This document shows positions 29,414 through 39,580 of a stretch of DNA of 64,000 bases, piece after piece; within the stretch, counting starts at the first letter, position 1, and every line of letters begins with the position of its first letter. Under the pieces are notes generated by a model, which saw nothing but the letters and a program-made list of their open reading frames with translations, made no database searches and was not told the origin of the DNA. The DNA comes from Sphingobacteriales bacterium. GTDB lineage: Bacteria; Bacteroidota; Bacteroidia; Sphingobacteriales; Sphingobacteriaceae. Location: NCBI GenBank assembly GCA_038235745.1, contig JBBSTQ010000001.1:5308-69307 (forward strand), given 5' to 3'. Position numbers and translations under genes: made by a program.

Positions 29414-31864
29414 ATGAAAAAACTTTTACTTTTATTCTTGTTATCGACAGTTTATGTCGCAACGAAGGCACAATTAAATTACAATTTTAACGCCGCAAAC
29501 GGTAGCCCGACTTCTGGTGTACCAAATGGGTTTTCCGCAAGTGATGTAACAGCAAACAATACCAACAGAACTTCAGATTTTTTTACAACCATTTCCGCAT
29601 CGAGTGGATATAATGGCGCTAGTGGTGCTGGTAACATTACAACTGCCGCTAAAGCTGGCAATGCCGCTACAGATATTTCAGCTTTGTCTTACTTTGAATT
29701 TACTGTTACACCATCGCTAACAGAAAAGGTGAAAATTGCAAGTGTAAGCTTTGGGTCAAGGTCAATAGGTTCTAGTGGGGGGCCAACCGCTTATGTAATG
29801 CGCTCAAGTTTGGATAATTACTCGGCTAACATTGCTTCCGTAAATATCAATTCAACCAGCAACTGGACGCTTTATAAAAATGAATTTACATTACCCTTAA
29901 TTGGCGCTGTAGGAGCAAGCGTAACCATCCGAATTTATGGAGAGAATGGTACAGGTGCTGTAGGTACAACTAATAATTGGCGTATTGATGATTTAAATGT
30001 ATTTTTTTTAAACAGACCGACGATATCCAGTTACTTAATGGGACAAAATGCTTGGTTACCAACTGGTCAGTTTGGTGGTGCAACCTATAACGGAATTCTA
30101 AATCAACTATGGCCAACCATAAAATCTTCTGGTGTAAAAATGGTAAGAATAGGTGGTGCTTGGGCAGAAGGAGCAATGTTGCCTGGTGCTAAGGTCGTTG
30201 AATTGGTAGACTCCATCAGAAAAATTGGAGCAGAACCAATGATTCAGGTGGCGACTAACCGAGGGAATATTCCTTCCTCGCAGGCAGCGAGTTTAGTGGA
30301 GTATGTAAACATCACTAAAGGCAGAAACGTGAAATACTGGGTAATTGGTAACGAACCAGATTTGGGTTCTGTACAAGCAAATGTAGCTACCGTAGCTAAT
30401 TATATTAAATCTTTTGCATCGGCAATGAAATTAAAAGATCCAACTATTTTGACAGTTGGGCCAGAGTGTGCTTATTACAACAGTAATTATTATCCATCAT
30501 TGGTAGGCGGCACTAATGACATTACGGGTAAAGATGGCAACGGAAATTATTATATCGATATTATTTCTTTTCATACTTATCCTTTTGATGGTAACCAAAC
30601 AAGAGCTCAAGTTGTCACAAGCGCACAAGGCTTAGCTAATAATGTAGATAATTTAGTGGGGTTGATGAATAATGCTGATATTTTGAATAATAGAACCGGT
30701 ATTAATCGTTTAAAATGGGCAATTACCGAGTTCAATATCAATTATTTGAATCCAAGTACAAATAACGTGGCTGGCGTAGGCGTTCATTCGTTTTTGAACG
30801 GGCAATATTGGGCAGATGCATTTAAGGTAGGTATGGAAAAACAAGCCCTAACAATAACGCCATGGTCAGTGCAGGAAGGTGGAGGCGGAAGAGGTGTAGG
30901 AGATTTAGGCTACTTAGATGGATCTGGGGCTAACATAAAACCACGTTCATCTTACTACCATGAAAAAATGCTTTCCGAAAATATAAGCGGAAGCTACATT
31001 TACTCAAGTAATAACCAAAGTTTAGTAACCACGCTTGGGTCTTTCAGAAATGATACCATATCATGTATGCTAGTGAACAAAAGTAATGTGACCAACTACA
31101 GTTACGCATTGCAGTTATCAGAGCAGCCAATTACAGATGCGGCAACCTTAAAGATCAATCTTTTTGCGGATGTAAATGTGCTTTACAAGGATGTTATTAC
31201 GGCACAAACCACAGTAGTTTTGGTATTTGATAAAACCGGGGTATTGCTTAAAAAGATAGTTTACGGGATAACAGAGGCCACTGCGCAATTAGCGCCCATT
31301 GTAACTAACTACACCTTACCATTAACGTGGTTAAATGTTTATGCAGATAAGCAAATCAACGGTAGTGTTTCTTTAAGTTGGCTAGTTGCTAGTTTAGTCA
31401 ACACAAATTCTTTCCAAATTGAAAGACTGGTTGGAAATGATTTTGTAGCCATAGGCACAAAAGCATCTATAGATGGAGCAGGAAAACAACTATACAGTTT
31501 TATTGATAACAAGGCAAGCAATGGCACTAACTATTACCGTATCAAACAAATAGATAATAACGGAGATTTCACCTATTCAAAAATTGTCTCTGTGAGCTTG
31601 TTGACTGAAAAAGATTGGGAAGTTTACCCTAACCCAGCAACAGAAGAATCTCCTTTATTTCGGCTGATTGTTAAAGAAGATGTTTCCTCACTTAGCTTTA
31701 AACTTTACAATTCATCTGGCAATACAATCGTAGAAAAAACCTCAGAGACGGTAAAAAAAGGCAGTGAAATAGTAATTAACAACGAAGTTTTAGCATCAGG
31801 TTTTTATATTTTGGAAGTTAACCAAAATGGCATAAGACGAGCAAAAAAGTTAATAGTAAAATAA
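29414..31864 (+). CDS. T9SS-secreted multidomain clan GH-A hydrolase (N-terminal beta-sandwich, unassigned GH-A domain, Ig-like domain, CTD)
   Basis: TKA-Q signal; YLMGQNAW, VRIGG, WVIGNEPD, DIISFHTY, WAITEFN; LPLTWL...NYYRIKQID; VYPNPA...SGFYILEV...KKLIVK. Confidence 0.78.
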   Translation: MKKLLLLFLLSTVYVATKAQLNYNFNAANGSPTSGVPNGFSASDVTANNTNRTSDFFTTISASSGYNGASGAGNITTAAKAGNAATDISALSYFEFTVTPSLTEKVKIASVSFGSRSIGSSGGPTAYVMRSSLDNYSANIASVNINSTSNWTLYKNEFTLPLIGAVGASVTIRIYGENGTGAVGTTNNWRIDDLNVFFLNRPTISSYLMGQNAWLPTGQFGGATYNGILNQLWPTIKSSGVKMVRIGGAWAEGAMLPGAKVVELVDSIRKIGAEPMIQVATNRGNIPSSQAASLVEYVNITKGRNVKYWVIGNEPDLGSVQANVATVANYIKSFASAMKLKDPTILTVGPECAYYNSNYYPSLVGGTNDITGKDGNGNYYIDIISFHTYPFDGNQTRAQVVTSAQGLANNVDNLVGLMNNADILNNRTGINRLKWAITEFNINYLNPSTNNVAGVGVHSFLNGQYWADAFKVGMEKQALTITPWSVQEGGGGRGVGDLGYLDGSGANIKPRSSYYHEKMLSENISGSYIYSSNNQSLVTTLGSFRNDTISCMLVNKSNVTNYSYALQLSEQPITDAATLKINLFADVNVLYKDVITAQTTVVLVFDKTGVLLKKIVYGITEATAQLAPIVTNYTLPLTWLNVYADKQINGSVSLSWLVASLVNTNSFQIERLVGNDFVAIGTKASIDGAGKQLYSFIDNKASNGTNYYRIKQIDNNGDFTYSKIVSVSLLTEKDWEVYPNPATEESPLFRLIVKEDVSSLSFKLYNSSGNTIVEKTSETVKKGSEIVINNEVLASGFYILEVNQNGIRRAKKLIVK

Positions 31865-31918
31865 ATAGATAAAGTTAAATCATAGTAATTACGTACCCAA
31901 AGAAGCAAATAAATATTT

Positions 31919-34162
31919 ATGCGAACAACTCAATTCATCAGAATTTCCAAACTATCTACAATCCTACTTTTAACAGGTTTTTTAACTGCAAATGCACAGA
32001 TTACTACTATCGAACAAAAGGTCGATTCAGTTTTAAACTTAATGACCCTCCCAGAAAAAGTGGGTCAGCTAAATCAACTAAATGCAGGCGACGTAACCGG
32101 ACCCGATGATGAAAAAAGCACAAATATATTAGAGGAGGTACGAGCCGGAAGAGCAGGTTCTTTATTAAACGTAAGAGCAGCAAAAATCACCAAAGAACTT
32201 CAGCAGGAGGCTATGAAATCGAGGTTAAAAATACCTCTGATTTTTGGTCAGGATGTGATACATGGCTACCGGGTAATTTTTCCAATTCCTTTAGCAGAAG
32301 CCGCTTCTTGGGACATGGATGCCATAAAACTTTCTGCAAGAGTATCGGCTCGAGAGGCTGCCGCATCTGGCATACATTGGACATTTGCACCAATGGTAGA
32401 TATCGGCAGAGACCCACGTTGGGGGCGTGTGATGGAAGGCGCAGGCGAAGACCCTTATTTAGGTTCTGTAATTGCCAAAGCTAGGGTCTCTGGATTTCAG
32501 GGTACTGGACTGGGAGATTTAGATGCAGTAATGGCCTGCGCAAAACACTTCGCCGCTTATGGCGCAGCAATTGCCGGCAGAGATTATAATGCCGTGGACA
32601 TGAGTAAAAGACAACTTTGGGAAGTTTATTTGCCACCATTTAAAGCGGCATTAGATGCCGGAGCAGCCACATTTATGAACTCGTTTAATACCTTAAACGG
32701 AATCCCGGCGACCGGAAACAGCTACTTACAACGGGATATTTTGAAAGGAGAGTGGGGTTTTAAAGGATTTGTGGTAAGCGATTGGGATTCTGTTAAAGAA
32801 ATGGTAGCCCACGGCTATGCTAAAGATTTGAAAGAGGCTGCAAGGATGGCGATCACTGCTGGTAGCGATATGGACATGGAGGGGAGAGCTTACGATGGCC
32901 ATTTAGAAAAACTGGTAAAAGAGGGGAAAGTTAATATAGATCACGTTAATGATGCGGTTAAACGTATCCTCACGAAGAAATTTGAGTTGGGGTTATTTAA
33001 TAACCCTTATCTTTTTAGTGATGAAAAAAGAGAAAAAGCAGAGCTAAACTCTTTGGCAAACAGAGTTGCATCCAGAGAAGTAGCTAAAAAAAGCATCGTG
33101 ATGTTAAAAAATGAAACAGGTATTTTGCCAATTTCAAAAGCCACCAAAACTATTGCTTTAATTGGCCCATTGGTAAAAGCGAACCAAGACATGAGAGGCT
33201 TTTGGGCACTTTCATGGGGAAAGGATGACATCCCGGTGTCTATGTACGACGGACTTAAAAATAAGCTAGGAGATAAAACCACCTTGCTTTACTCAAAAGG
33301 TTGCAACATTGATGATAGCGTAACCACCGGATTTAGAGAAGCTGTTGAAACTGCAAAGAAGGCAGAAGTTGTGATAATGGCAGTAGGAGAGACTTTTGAC
33401 ATGACTGGCGAAGCAAAAAGCAAAGCCGATATTCATATACCAGGCGTACAAGAACAATTGGTAAAAGCCATAATAGAGACTGGCAAACCAGTAGTTGTGT
33501 TGGTAATGGGTGGCCGACCGCTGGTGTTTAATTACACCGCGACAAACGCAAAATCAATATTGTTTACGTGGTGGTTGGGTAGCCAAGCCGGAAACGCAAT
33601 GGCAGATGTTCTTTTTGGAGACTACAACCCGTCTGGAAAGTTACCAATGACATTCCCTCGCAGCATTGGGCAAATCCCAATTTACTATGCACAAACACAT
33701 ACTGGCCGCCCGTTTGAAGAAGGTAAAAGCCCAAATTACAGGTCGGCATATTTAGATGTAAGCAACTCGCCACAATACGCATTTGGACATGGCTTAAGTT
33801 ATACCAATTTTAAATACAGCGATATCAGACTAAACAAATCCGAAATAGCCCTAAACGATACCATAAAAGTATCTTTAAGCGTAACGAATACCGGAAAATA
33901 TGCGGGCGAAGAAGTTGTTCAGCTATACATTCAAGATAAAGTTGCACAACCCGTTAGGCCAATTTTAGAACTAAAAGATTTTCAGAAAATTAAATTGGCT
34001 CCTGGAGAAATCAAGCAGCTTGTATTTTATATCGAAAAAGAAAAGCTTTCTTTTTATAACGATGATTTAAAATGGACAGCACAACCGGGAGAATTTAAAG
34101 TGATGATTGGTAGTGCATCTGATGACATTAGGTTAAAGAGTGACTTTATTTTAATCGACTAG
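31919..34162 (+). CDS. bglX: GH3 periplasmic beta-glucosidase BglX
   Basis: MTLPEKVGQLNQ, GQDVIHG, RDPRWGRVMEGAGEDPYL, CAKHFAAYG, VVSDW, NPSGKLPMTFPRSIGQIPIYY. Confidence 0.92.
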   Translation: MRTTQFIRISKLSTILLLTGFLTANAQITTIEQKVDSVLNLMTLPEKVGQLNQLNAGDVTGPDDEKSTNILEEVRAGRAGSLLNVRAAKITKELQQEAMKSRLKIPLIFGQDVIHGYRVIFPIPLAEAASWDMDAIKLSARVSAREAAASGIHWTFAPMVDIGRDPRWGRVMEGAGEDPYLGSVIAKARVSGFQGTGLGDLDAVMACAKHFAAYGAAIAGRDYNAVDMSKRQLWEVYLPPFKAALDAGAATFMNSFNTLNGIPATGNSYLQRDILKGEWGFKGFVVSDWDSVKEMVAHGYAKDLKEAARMAITAGSDMDMEGRAYDGHLEKLVKEGKVNIDHVNDAVKRILTKKFELGLFNNPYLFSDEKREKAELNSLANRVASREVAKKSIVMLKNETGILPISKATKTIALIGPLVKANQDMRGFWALSWGKDDIPVSMYDGLKNKLGDKTTLLYSKGCNIDDSVTTGFREAVETAKKAEVVIMAVGETFDMTGEAKSKADIHIPGVQEQLVKAIIETGKPVVVLVMGGRPLVFNYTATNAKSILFTWWLGSQAGNAMADVLFGDYNPSGKLPMTFPRSIGQIPIYYAQTHTGRPFEEGKSPNYRSAYLDVSNSPQYAFGHGLSYTNFKYSDIRLNKSEIALNDTIKVSLSVTNTGKYAGEEVVQLYIQDKVAQPVRPILELKDFQKIKLAPGEIKQLVFYIEKEKLSFYNDDLKWTAQPGEFKVMIGSASDDIRLKSDFILID

Positions 34163-34200
34163 TAAGATTCTAAAGTATTAAAATTTAAACAGCCCATTTT

Positions 34201-34232
34201 AAAGCCCGACTCTTAAAATAGTCGGGCTTTTT
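34201..34232 (+). terminator. Intrinsic terminator
   Basis: AAAGCCCGACT ... AGTCGGGCTTT followed by TT. Confidence 0.85.
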
Positions 34233-34285
34233 GCGTTTAAGAACTCGAAAATCCTTTTTTAAATAGGTTAATAAACGGCTTTTGC

Positions 34286-34349
34286 TCATTTACCCCTCAA
34301 TACTGGTACATATGTAATCTAAATTTTTGCTTCTGTGTACCTAGTTTAG
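34286..34349 (+). promoter_or_regulatory. Putative HTCS direct repeat plus -7 element upstream of GH88-PL8
   Basis: TCATTTACCCCTC (34286), ACATATGTAATCT (34308), TAGTTTAG (34342). Confidence 0.65.
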
Positions 34350-34415
34350 CAATATGATTTATCGGCTAAGTGTTAAGCTGAGATAAATTGATAAACCTTA
34401 TATCCTTTATTTAAA

Positions 34416-35597
34416 ATGCAAAAATTCTTAAGCGTCATCTTATTGATGATTGGTTGCTTTACTACTTACGCCCAAAAAACAAACGTCAAAAAAGAGTTTC
34501 GTTTTGCCGAAAATCAAATCAACCTGATGTTGGTTGAAACTGAAAAGCGCTCCGTTGAAACCGATAAAGTTTCGCCGCGTACGGTGGAAAACAGCGAGCT
34601 AAAAATAGTTGAACCAAAAGACTGGACTAGTGGTTTCTTCCCTGGAGTACTTTGGTATTTATATGAATACACCGGCGATAATAAGTGGCGAACAGAAGCG
34701 CAGAAGTTTACTGAGAACTTAAGCGAATTACAGTTTTTTACAGGAAACCATGATTTAGGATTTATGGTCTATAATAGTTATGGTCATGGATATAAACTGA
34801 CAAAGGAAAGCACTTACAAAACGGCAATTTTAAACGCCGCAAAATCTCTTTCGACAAGGTTTAACCCTGTTACGGGAACAATAAAATCATGGGATCATGC
34901 CAAAGATGTATGGACATATCCGGTAATTATTGACAACATGATGAATTTGGAATTACTTTTTGTTGCAACAAAGCTTAGTGGAGATTCTTCATTTTATAAA
35001 ATAGCAACAACACACGCCAACAATACTTTAAAAAATCATTTCAGAAAAGATTACAGCAGTGTACATGTGGTCGACTACAGCCCTAAAGACGGCTCTGTGA
35101 TTAAAACCACCACACATCAAGGATATTCAGACCAATCAGCATGGGCAAGGGGACAAGCTTGGGGATTATATGGTTATACAATGAGTTTCAGGGAAACCGG
35201 AGACAGCACCTATTTAGATCAGGCTAATCATATCGCCAACTTCATCATCAATAATCCAAAGATCCCTAAAGATTTAATTCCTTATTGGGATTATGACGAT
35301 CCTAAAATACCAGATGCACCCCGCGACGCTTCCGCAGCGGCAATAACTTCGTCGGCATTGTTTGAGCTGGCCAGAATAACCGGCAACAATAAGTATCACA
35401 AAACAGCAAAAAAGATTTTAAAGAGTTTAAGTAAGTACTACAAATCAGATAAAAATGGCAATAAGGGATTTATTTTAGATCATAGTACAGGGCATCTTCC
35501 ATATAAAAGTGAGATTGATGTGCCTATAGTTTACGCAGATTATTATTATTTGGAAGCACTTTTAAGAAGCCAGAAAGATTTTAAAATTGGGTCTTAA
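34416..35597 (+). CDS. GH88 unsaturated glucuronyl hydrolase
   Basis: DWTSGFFPG, NHDLGFM, VIIDNMMNLE, WARGQAWGLYG, PYWD, RDASAAA, YADYYYLEAL. Confidence 0.93.
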   Translation: MQKFLSVILLMIGCFTTYAQKTNVKKEFRFAENQINLMLVETEKRSVETDKVSPRTVENSELKIVEPKDWTSGFFPGVLWYLYEYTGDNKWRTEAQKFTENLSELQFFTGNHDLGFMVYNSYGHGYKLTKESTYKTAILNAAKSLSTRFNPVTGTIKSWDHAKDVWTYPVIIDNMMNLELLFVATKLSGDSSFYKIATTHANNTLKNHFRKDYSSVHVVDYSPKDGSVIKTTTHQGYSDQSAWARGQAWGLYGYTMSFRETGDSTYLDQANHIANFIINNPKIPKDLIPYWDYDDPKIPDAPRDASAAAITSSALFELARITGNNKYHKTAKKILKSLSKYYKSDKNGNKGFILDHSTGHLPYKSEIDVPIVYADYYYLEALLRSQKDFKIGS

Positions 35598-35615
35598 TAT
35601 TTAAATGTAGGTAGC

Positions 35616-37772
35616 ATGAAAGGTTTAATTTTTGTCTTTTTGATAGCATTTTCTACGGTGTGTAATGCGCAGTTATTGTTTGGCACATTAGAAAACAACA
35701 TCAGACAGTATTATCAACAAGATGATACTGTTTATAATTCTTTAGATACCATAATTAACAATCTGCCACAAGACCCAAAGGCGGTTGACATGGTTACCAA
35801 CGAGGTTTATCAGAAAAAAATACCGGCTGATGCACATGTGAATCAACTTTTCTCCAGTTTTAATATGGCTACCGGAAAGTGGGACGACATTAATTACGCT
35901 GATACCAAAGCATCTGGCTGGGAACCTAAAAACCATGCAGAAAGAATTTTGCTTTTAACCTCGCTCTACAAAAATTCTGGCTCAAAATACTATTTGCAAA
36001 ACGACCTCAAAAAATTACTACATCGATCACTAAACTTTTGGTTTGATGCGAATTTGGTCTGTAAGAATTGGTGGTATAACGAGATTGGGGTTCCTAAAAC
36101 TTTAGGGCCAGTTTTTATCATGCTTAAAGCCGAGCTTTCCGAAGATGAAATTAAAGGAGCTGTTGCTGTTTTAAATCGGTCCACTATAAAAATGACGGGT
36201 CAAAACAAAGTTTGGCTGGCCGGCAACGTATTATATAAAGCTATTTTATTGAAAGACGAAAATCTGGCTAAAACTGCAAGGGAAGCTATATTATCTGAAC
36301 TTAAAATATCTGGGGAAGAGGGCATCCAGATTGATTACAGCTTTCATCAACATGGGCCTCAGCAACAATTTGGCAATTACGGATTATCGTTTGTAAATAC
36401 GTTGAGTTTTTGGTCGAGAGTATTTTCCGGAACTTCTTTACAGGTAAATAATGAGCGTTTGGGAGTGCTAAGAGATTTAATGCTTAAAGGATACAACTGG
36501 ATTGTTTGGAAAGGATATTTTGACATCAACTCTTTTGGAAGACAATTTTTTAAGGGTGTAGATGAAAGCAAAGCTTTGGCACTAGCATACTCAATGCTTG
36601 ATATGACATTTGTAGATCCCGCAAACGCAAGTAAGTATAAAGATTTTATCTCGAGAAATTATAGTCCGCAGTTTTTACCTCAGCTCAACGGGACAAAGCA
36701 TTTTTGGCGATCAGATATGACGGTGCACCGCTCGCCCAGCTGGTTTGCAACGTTAAAGATGTCATCTAACCGGGTTCAAGCTACAGAAGTGGTGAATCGT
36801 GAAAATTTAAAAGGTTACTTTTTAGGAGACGGCAATTATTTTGTACATGTTGATGGGGACGAGTACGAAGGTATTTTCCCTTACCTAAACTGGAAAAAAT
36901 TGCCCGGTGTCACTAATTTTCAAACATCAGCACCATTAGAAGTTTTAGGTTATTCGGGTTACAGAAATAAAGGAGATTTTACAGGAGGAGTTGTAAGCGG
37001 AGAAAATGGCGTAACAGCTTATCAATTAAATAGAGACTCATTAACTGGGAATAAAGCGTACTTCTGGTTAAATGATAAATTGGTATGCTTAGGCGCAGAT
37101 ATCTATAGCGATTTAAAGCAACCTATTTTTACCACCATAAACCAAACTAATTTAAAAGGCCCTGTATATTTTTACAATGGTAAAACCAGCGAATTGCAGG
37201 ATACGGTGTGGCGTTCTAAATCAATAAAGTGGGTGCATCACAACAAAATTGGATACCTAAATCTTCAATCGTCAGATATTTCCATTTCATCAATAAACCA
37301 AATAGGTAGCTGGGGCGATATTGCTTTCGTTTATGATAAAGAAGAGCCTATCACTAAGCCCGTTTTTACCCTAGACATTAAACACGATAGATCATCAAAA
37401 ACGGGTAGCTATGCCTACGCATTGGTTCCTGATGTAACTCTTGAAAAGTTTAAAACTTTGAAACCAGATTTCATCATTGTACAAAACGACAGAAAAGCAC
37501 AAGCAATAGCATCAAGCAATGGCACTATATTGATGTTGGCAGTTTACCAACCAACTGCTGTACAAGCAAAGTCTTTTCCATCGCTAAAATTTACATCACC
37601 AGGTTTGTATATCGTTGAAAAAAGTAAAAACGGATGGCTTGTATCTATTGTAGATGCTACACAGAAACTAGAAAAAGCAATTTGGCAAATCGGAGATAAG
37701 CAACAAGCTACCGCATTACCGCAAAACTTACACAAAGGAGAAACAACACAAGTAAATATATCTTTTAATTAA
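35616..37772 (+). CDS. PL8 polysaccharide lyase
   Basis: NWWYNEIGVP, MTGQNKVW, EGIQIDYSFHQHGPQQQFGNYG (catalytic His/Tyr), GRQ, HFWRSDM, LKMSS, NRENLKG, WKKLPGVT. Confidence 0.92.
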   Translation: MKGLIFVFLIAFSTVCNAQLLFGTLENNIRQYYQQDDTVYNSLDTIINNLPQDPKAVDMVTNEVYQKKIPADAHVNQLFSSFNMATGKWDDINYADTKASGWEPKNHAERILLLTSLYKNSGSKYYLQNDLKKLLHRSLNFWFDANLVCKNWWYNEIGVPKTLGPVFIMLKAELSEDEIKGAVAVLNRSTIKMTGQNKVWLAGNVLYKAILLKDENLAKTAREAILSELKISGEEGIQIDYSFHQHGPQQQFGNYGLSFVNTLSFWSRVFSGTSLQVNNERLGVLRDLMLKGYNWIVWKGYFDINSFGRQFFKGVDESKALALAYSMLDMTFVDPANASKYKDFISRNYSPQFLPQLNGTKHFWRSDMTVHRSPSWFATLKMSSNRVQATEVVNRENLKGYFLGDGNYFVHVDGDEYEGIFPYLNWKKLPGVTNFQTSAPLEVLGYSGYRNKGDFTGGVVSGENGVTAYQLNRDSLTGNKAYFWLNDKLVCLGADIYSDLKQPIFTTINQTNLKGPVYFYNGKTSELQDTVWRSKSIKWVHHNKIGYLNLQSSDISISSINQIGSWGDIAFVYDKEEPITKPVFTLDIKHDRSSKTGSYAYALVPDVTLEKFKTLKPDFIIVQNDRKAQAIASSNGTILMLAVYQPTAVQAKSFPSLKFTSPGLYIVEKSKNGWLVSIVDATQKLEKAIWQIGDKQQATALPQNLHKGETTQVNISFN

Positions 37773-37784
37773 TCTTAAAACATC

Positions 37785-39485
37785 ATGAAAAAAAAGTTAC
37801 TTATAACATTAGGCTTTGCTTTAGGAGCATTGTATGTATCTGCACAATCATTTACAGCAGGTAATCTGGCAGTGTATCGTTATGGAAACGGTGCTGCAGC
37901 TTTAGGAAATAACGTTACAGTTCCGGTTTTTATAGACGAATATACACCAGCAGGTGTATTGGTAAAAAGCAGGGTAGTCCCCGTAGCGGATAACTCAGGG
38001 AATTTAAAGCTTACTGGCTTAGGAAAAAATGCGACTGGAAACTATGTGGATGAAGGAATTTCTACCTTATCAGCAGACGGTCAATACCTGACTATTTTTG
38101 GCTATAACCAAGCTATTGGTGGCGCAGTTCCTACTACCGGGAACGGTTTGGTTGTAGGCGTAATAGCTGCAGATGGAAGTTACAATAGTAAAACTACACT
38201 TTCTAACGATGCAGCCACAGGTTTAGGAAGCCCTCGTTCTGCTGTAATTGATGGCACCAATATTTGGGCCAACGGTTCTCAAAACGGAATTCAGTACACC
38301 ACGTTGGGTGCTACCACCAGCACTAGGGTTTCTACAGCTCAAGACGCATCAAAAAGTTTGACGATAGGCAAAACCTGGTCTAGTGGGTCATTAGGTGCAA
38401 ACAGGTTGTACGTAGCATCCGCTACGGCAAGTACTGAATTACCTTATGCAACGCCTTTGCCAACAGCTTCTACCACTTTTACTACTTCTACAAACTTCCC
38501 AGCTGCAATAACGGCTAATCAAATAGCTATAATAACAGTAAACAACAGAACTTTAATATATGTTGTAGATGATGCTTCTAATGCTATCAGAAGATATTTT
38601 CTTAACTTTAGTGGAGGAGGAATAGGCGCATTTTCCAGTGTACTTACTGAGGCAGCAACTGCTAAGATAAAAAGCTTAACTACCAAAGCCAGAGTAGTTG
38701 GAAGCAACACCCTAGTTGATGTTTACGCAACAACTTGGGGACATGACGGTACCGGTACAGAAACTTCTAAACTGTTAACGTTTACCGATAGTTATCTTAC
38801 GTCAAACCCAACAAATGATCCGCCAAATACTATTTTTGCAACCACAACTACTACAATTGCTACTGCCGCGGCTAATACCTTGTTTAAAAGTGTAACCTTT
38901 GTTCCAGAAGGTAGCACTGCAGTAGGTACAGGTACATTACCTGTAAATTTGGTTGGCTTTGGTGCTAAAAAATCAGGCGATAACGTAAACCTGAACTGGG
39001 CTACTTTAAGTGAACAAAACAATTCGCATTTTGATATTCTGCGTTCTGGCAACGGAACCGATTTTGCAAGCATCGGAAAAGTTACTGGTAACGGAAATTC
39101 CAACAGTAAAATCAATTATACTTTTACAGATAAAAGCCCAGAGTTTGGTGCTAACTACTACCGTTTAAATCAGGTAGATTTTGATGGCAAATCTGCCTCA
39201 TCAGAAACAGTAGCCGTAAATTTTGGTTTTGCTGATAACCTAAGCATGTTGGTGAATCAACTGCAAGGTAATACTGGCTTAATCGTGACCATTAACTCAC
39301 CGGCAATTATTGACGGAAAGGCTAATGTAATAGCACTTTCTGGTCAGCAGGTGGCAGATGCAAGATTAAAAATCCAAAAAGGAAAAAATAGTTTCCGCAT
39401 CCCAGCCGAACTTCAACCGGGCGTGTATGTTGTCACGGTTACTACTGATAAAGGACAAATTTCACAAAAAATAAGTGTGAGGTAG
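37785..39485 (+). CDS. T9SS-secreted protein of unknown function (paralog of 13530..15191)
   Basis: VSA-Q signal; FTAGNLAVYRYGNG, FIDEYTPAGVLVKS, PRSAVIDGTNIWANG; LPVNLVGF...NYYRLNQVDFDG; PGVYVV...SQKISVR tail. Confidence 0.85.
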   Translation: MKKKLLITLGFALGALYVSAQSFTAGNLAVYRYGNGAAALGNNVTVPVFIDEYTPAGVLVKSRVVPVADNSGNLKLTGLGKNATGNYVDEGISTLSADGQYLTIFGYNQAIGGAVPTTGNGLVVGVIAADGSYNSKTTLSNDAATGLGSPRSAVIDGTNIWANGSQNGIQYTTLGATTSTRVSTAQDASKSLTIGKTWSSGSLGANRLYVASATASTELPYATPLPTASTTFTTSTNFPAAITANQIAIITVNNRTLIYVVDDASNAIRRYFLNFSGGGIGAFSSVLTEAATAKIKSLTTKARVVGSNTLVDVYATTWGHDGTGTETSKLLTFTDSYLTSNPTNDPPNTIFATTTTTIATAAANTLFKSVTFVPEGSTAVGTGTLPVNLVGFGAKKSGDNVNLNWATLSEQNNSHFDILRSGNGTDFASIGKVTGNGNSNSKINYTFTDKSPEFGANYYRLNQVDFDGKSASSETVAVNFGFADNLSMLVNQLQGNTGLIVTINSPAIIDGKANVIALSGQQVADARLKIQKGKNSFRIPAELQPGVYVVTVTTDKGQISQKISVR

Positions 39486-39490
39486 TTGCG

Positions 39491-39539
39491 AGAAATAAGG
39501 CTTAAATAATTAATAATTGGTTGAGCCTTATTTCTTTTT
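39491..39539 (+). terminator. Intrinsic terminator
   Basis: AGAAATAAGGCTT ... GAGCCTTATTTCT followed by TTTT. Confidence 0.75.
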
Positions 39540-39580
39540 GTTATTTTGGTGTACCCTATTAAACGTAGCCAAATTTTTCC

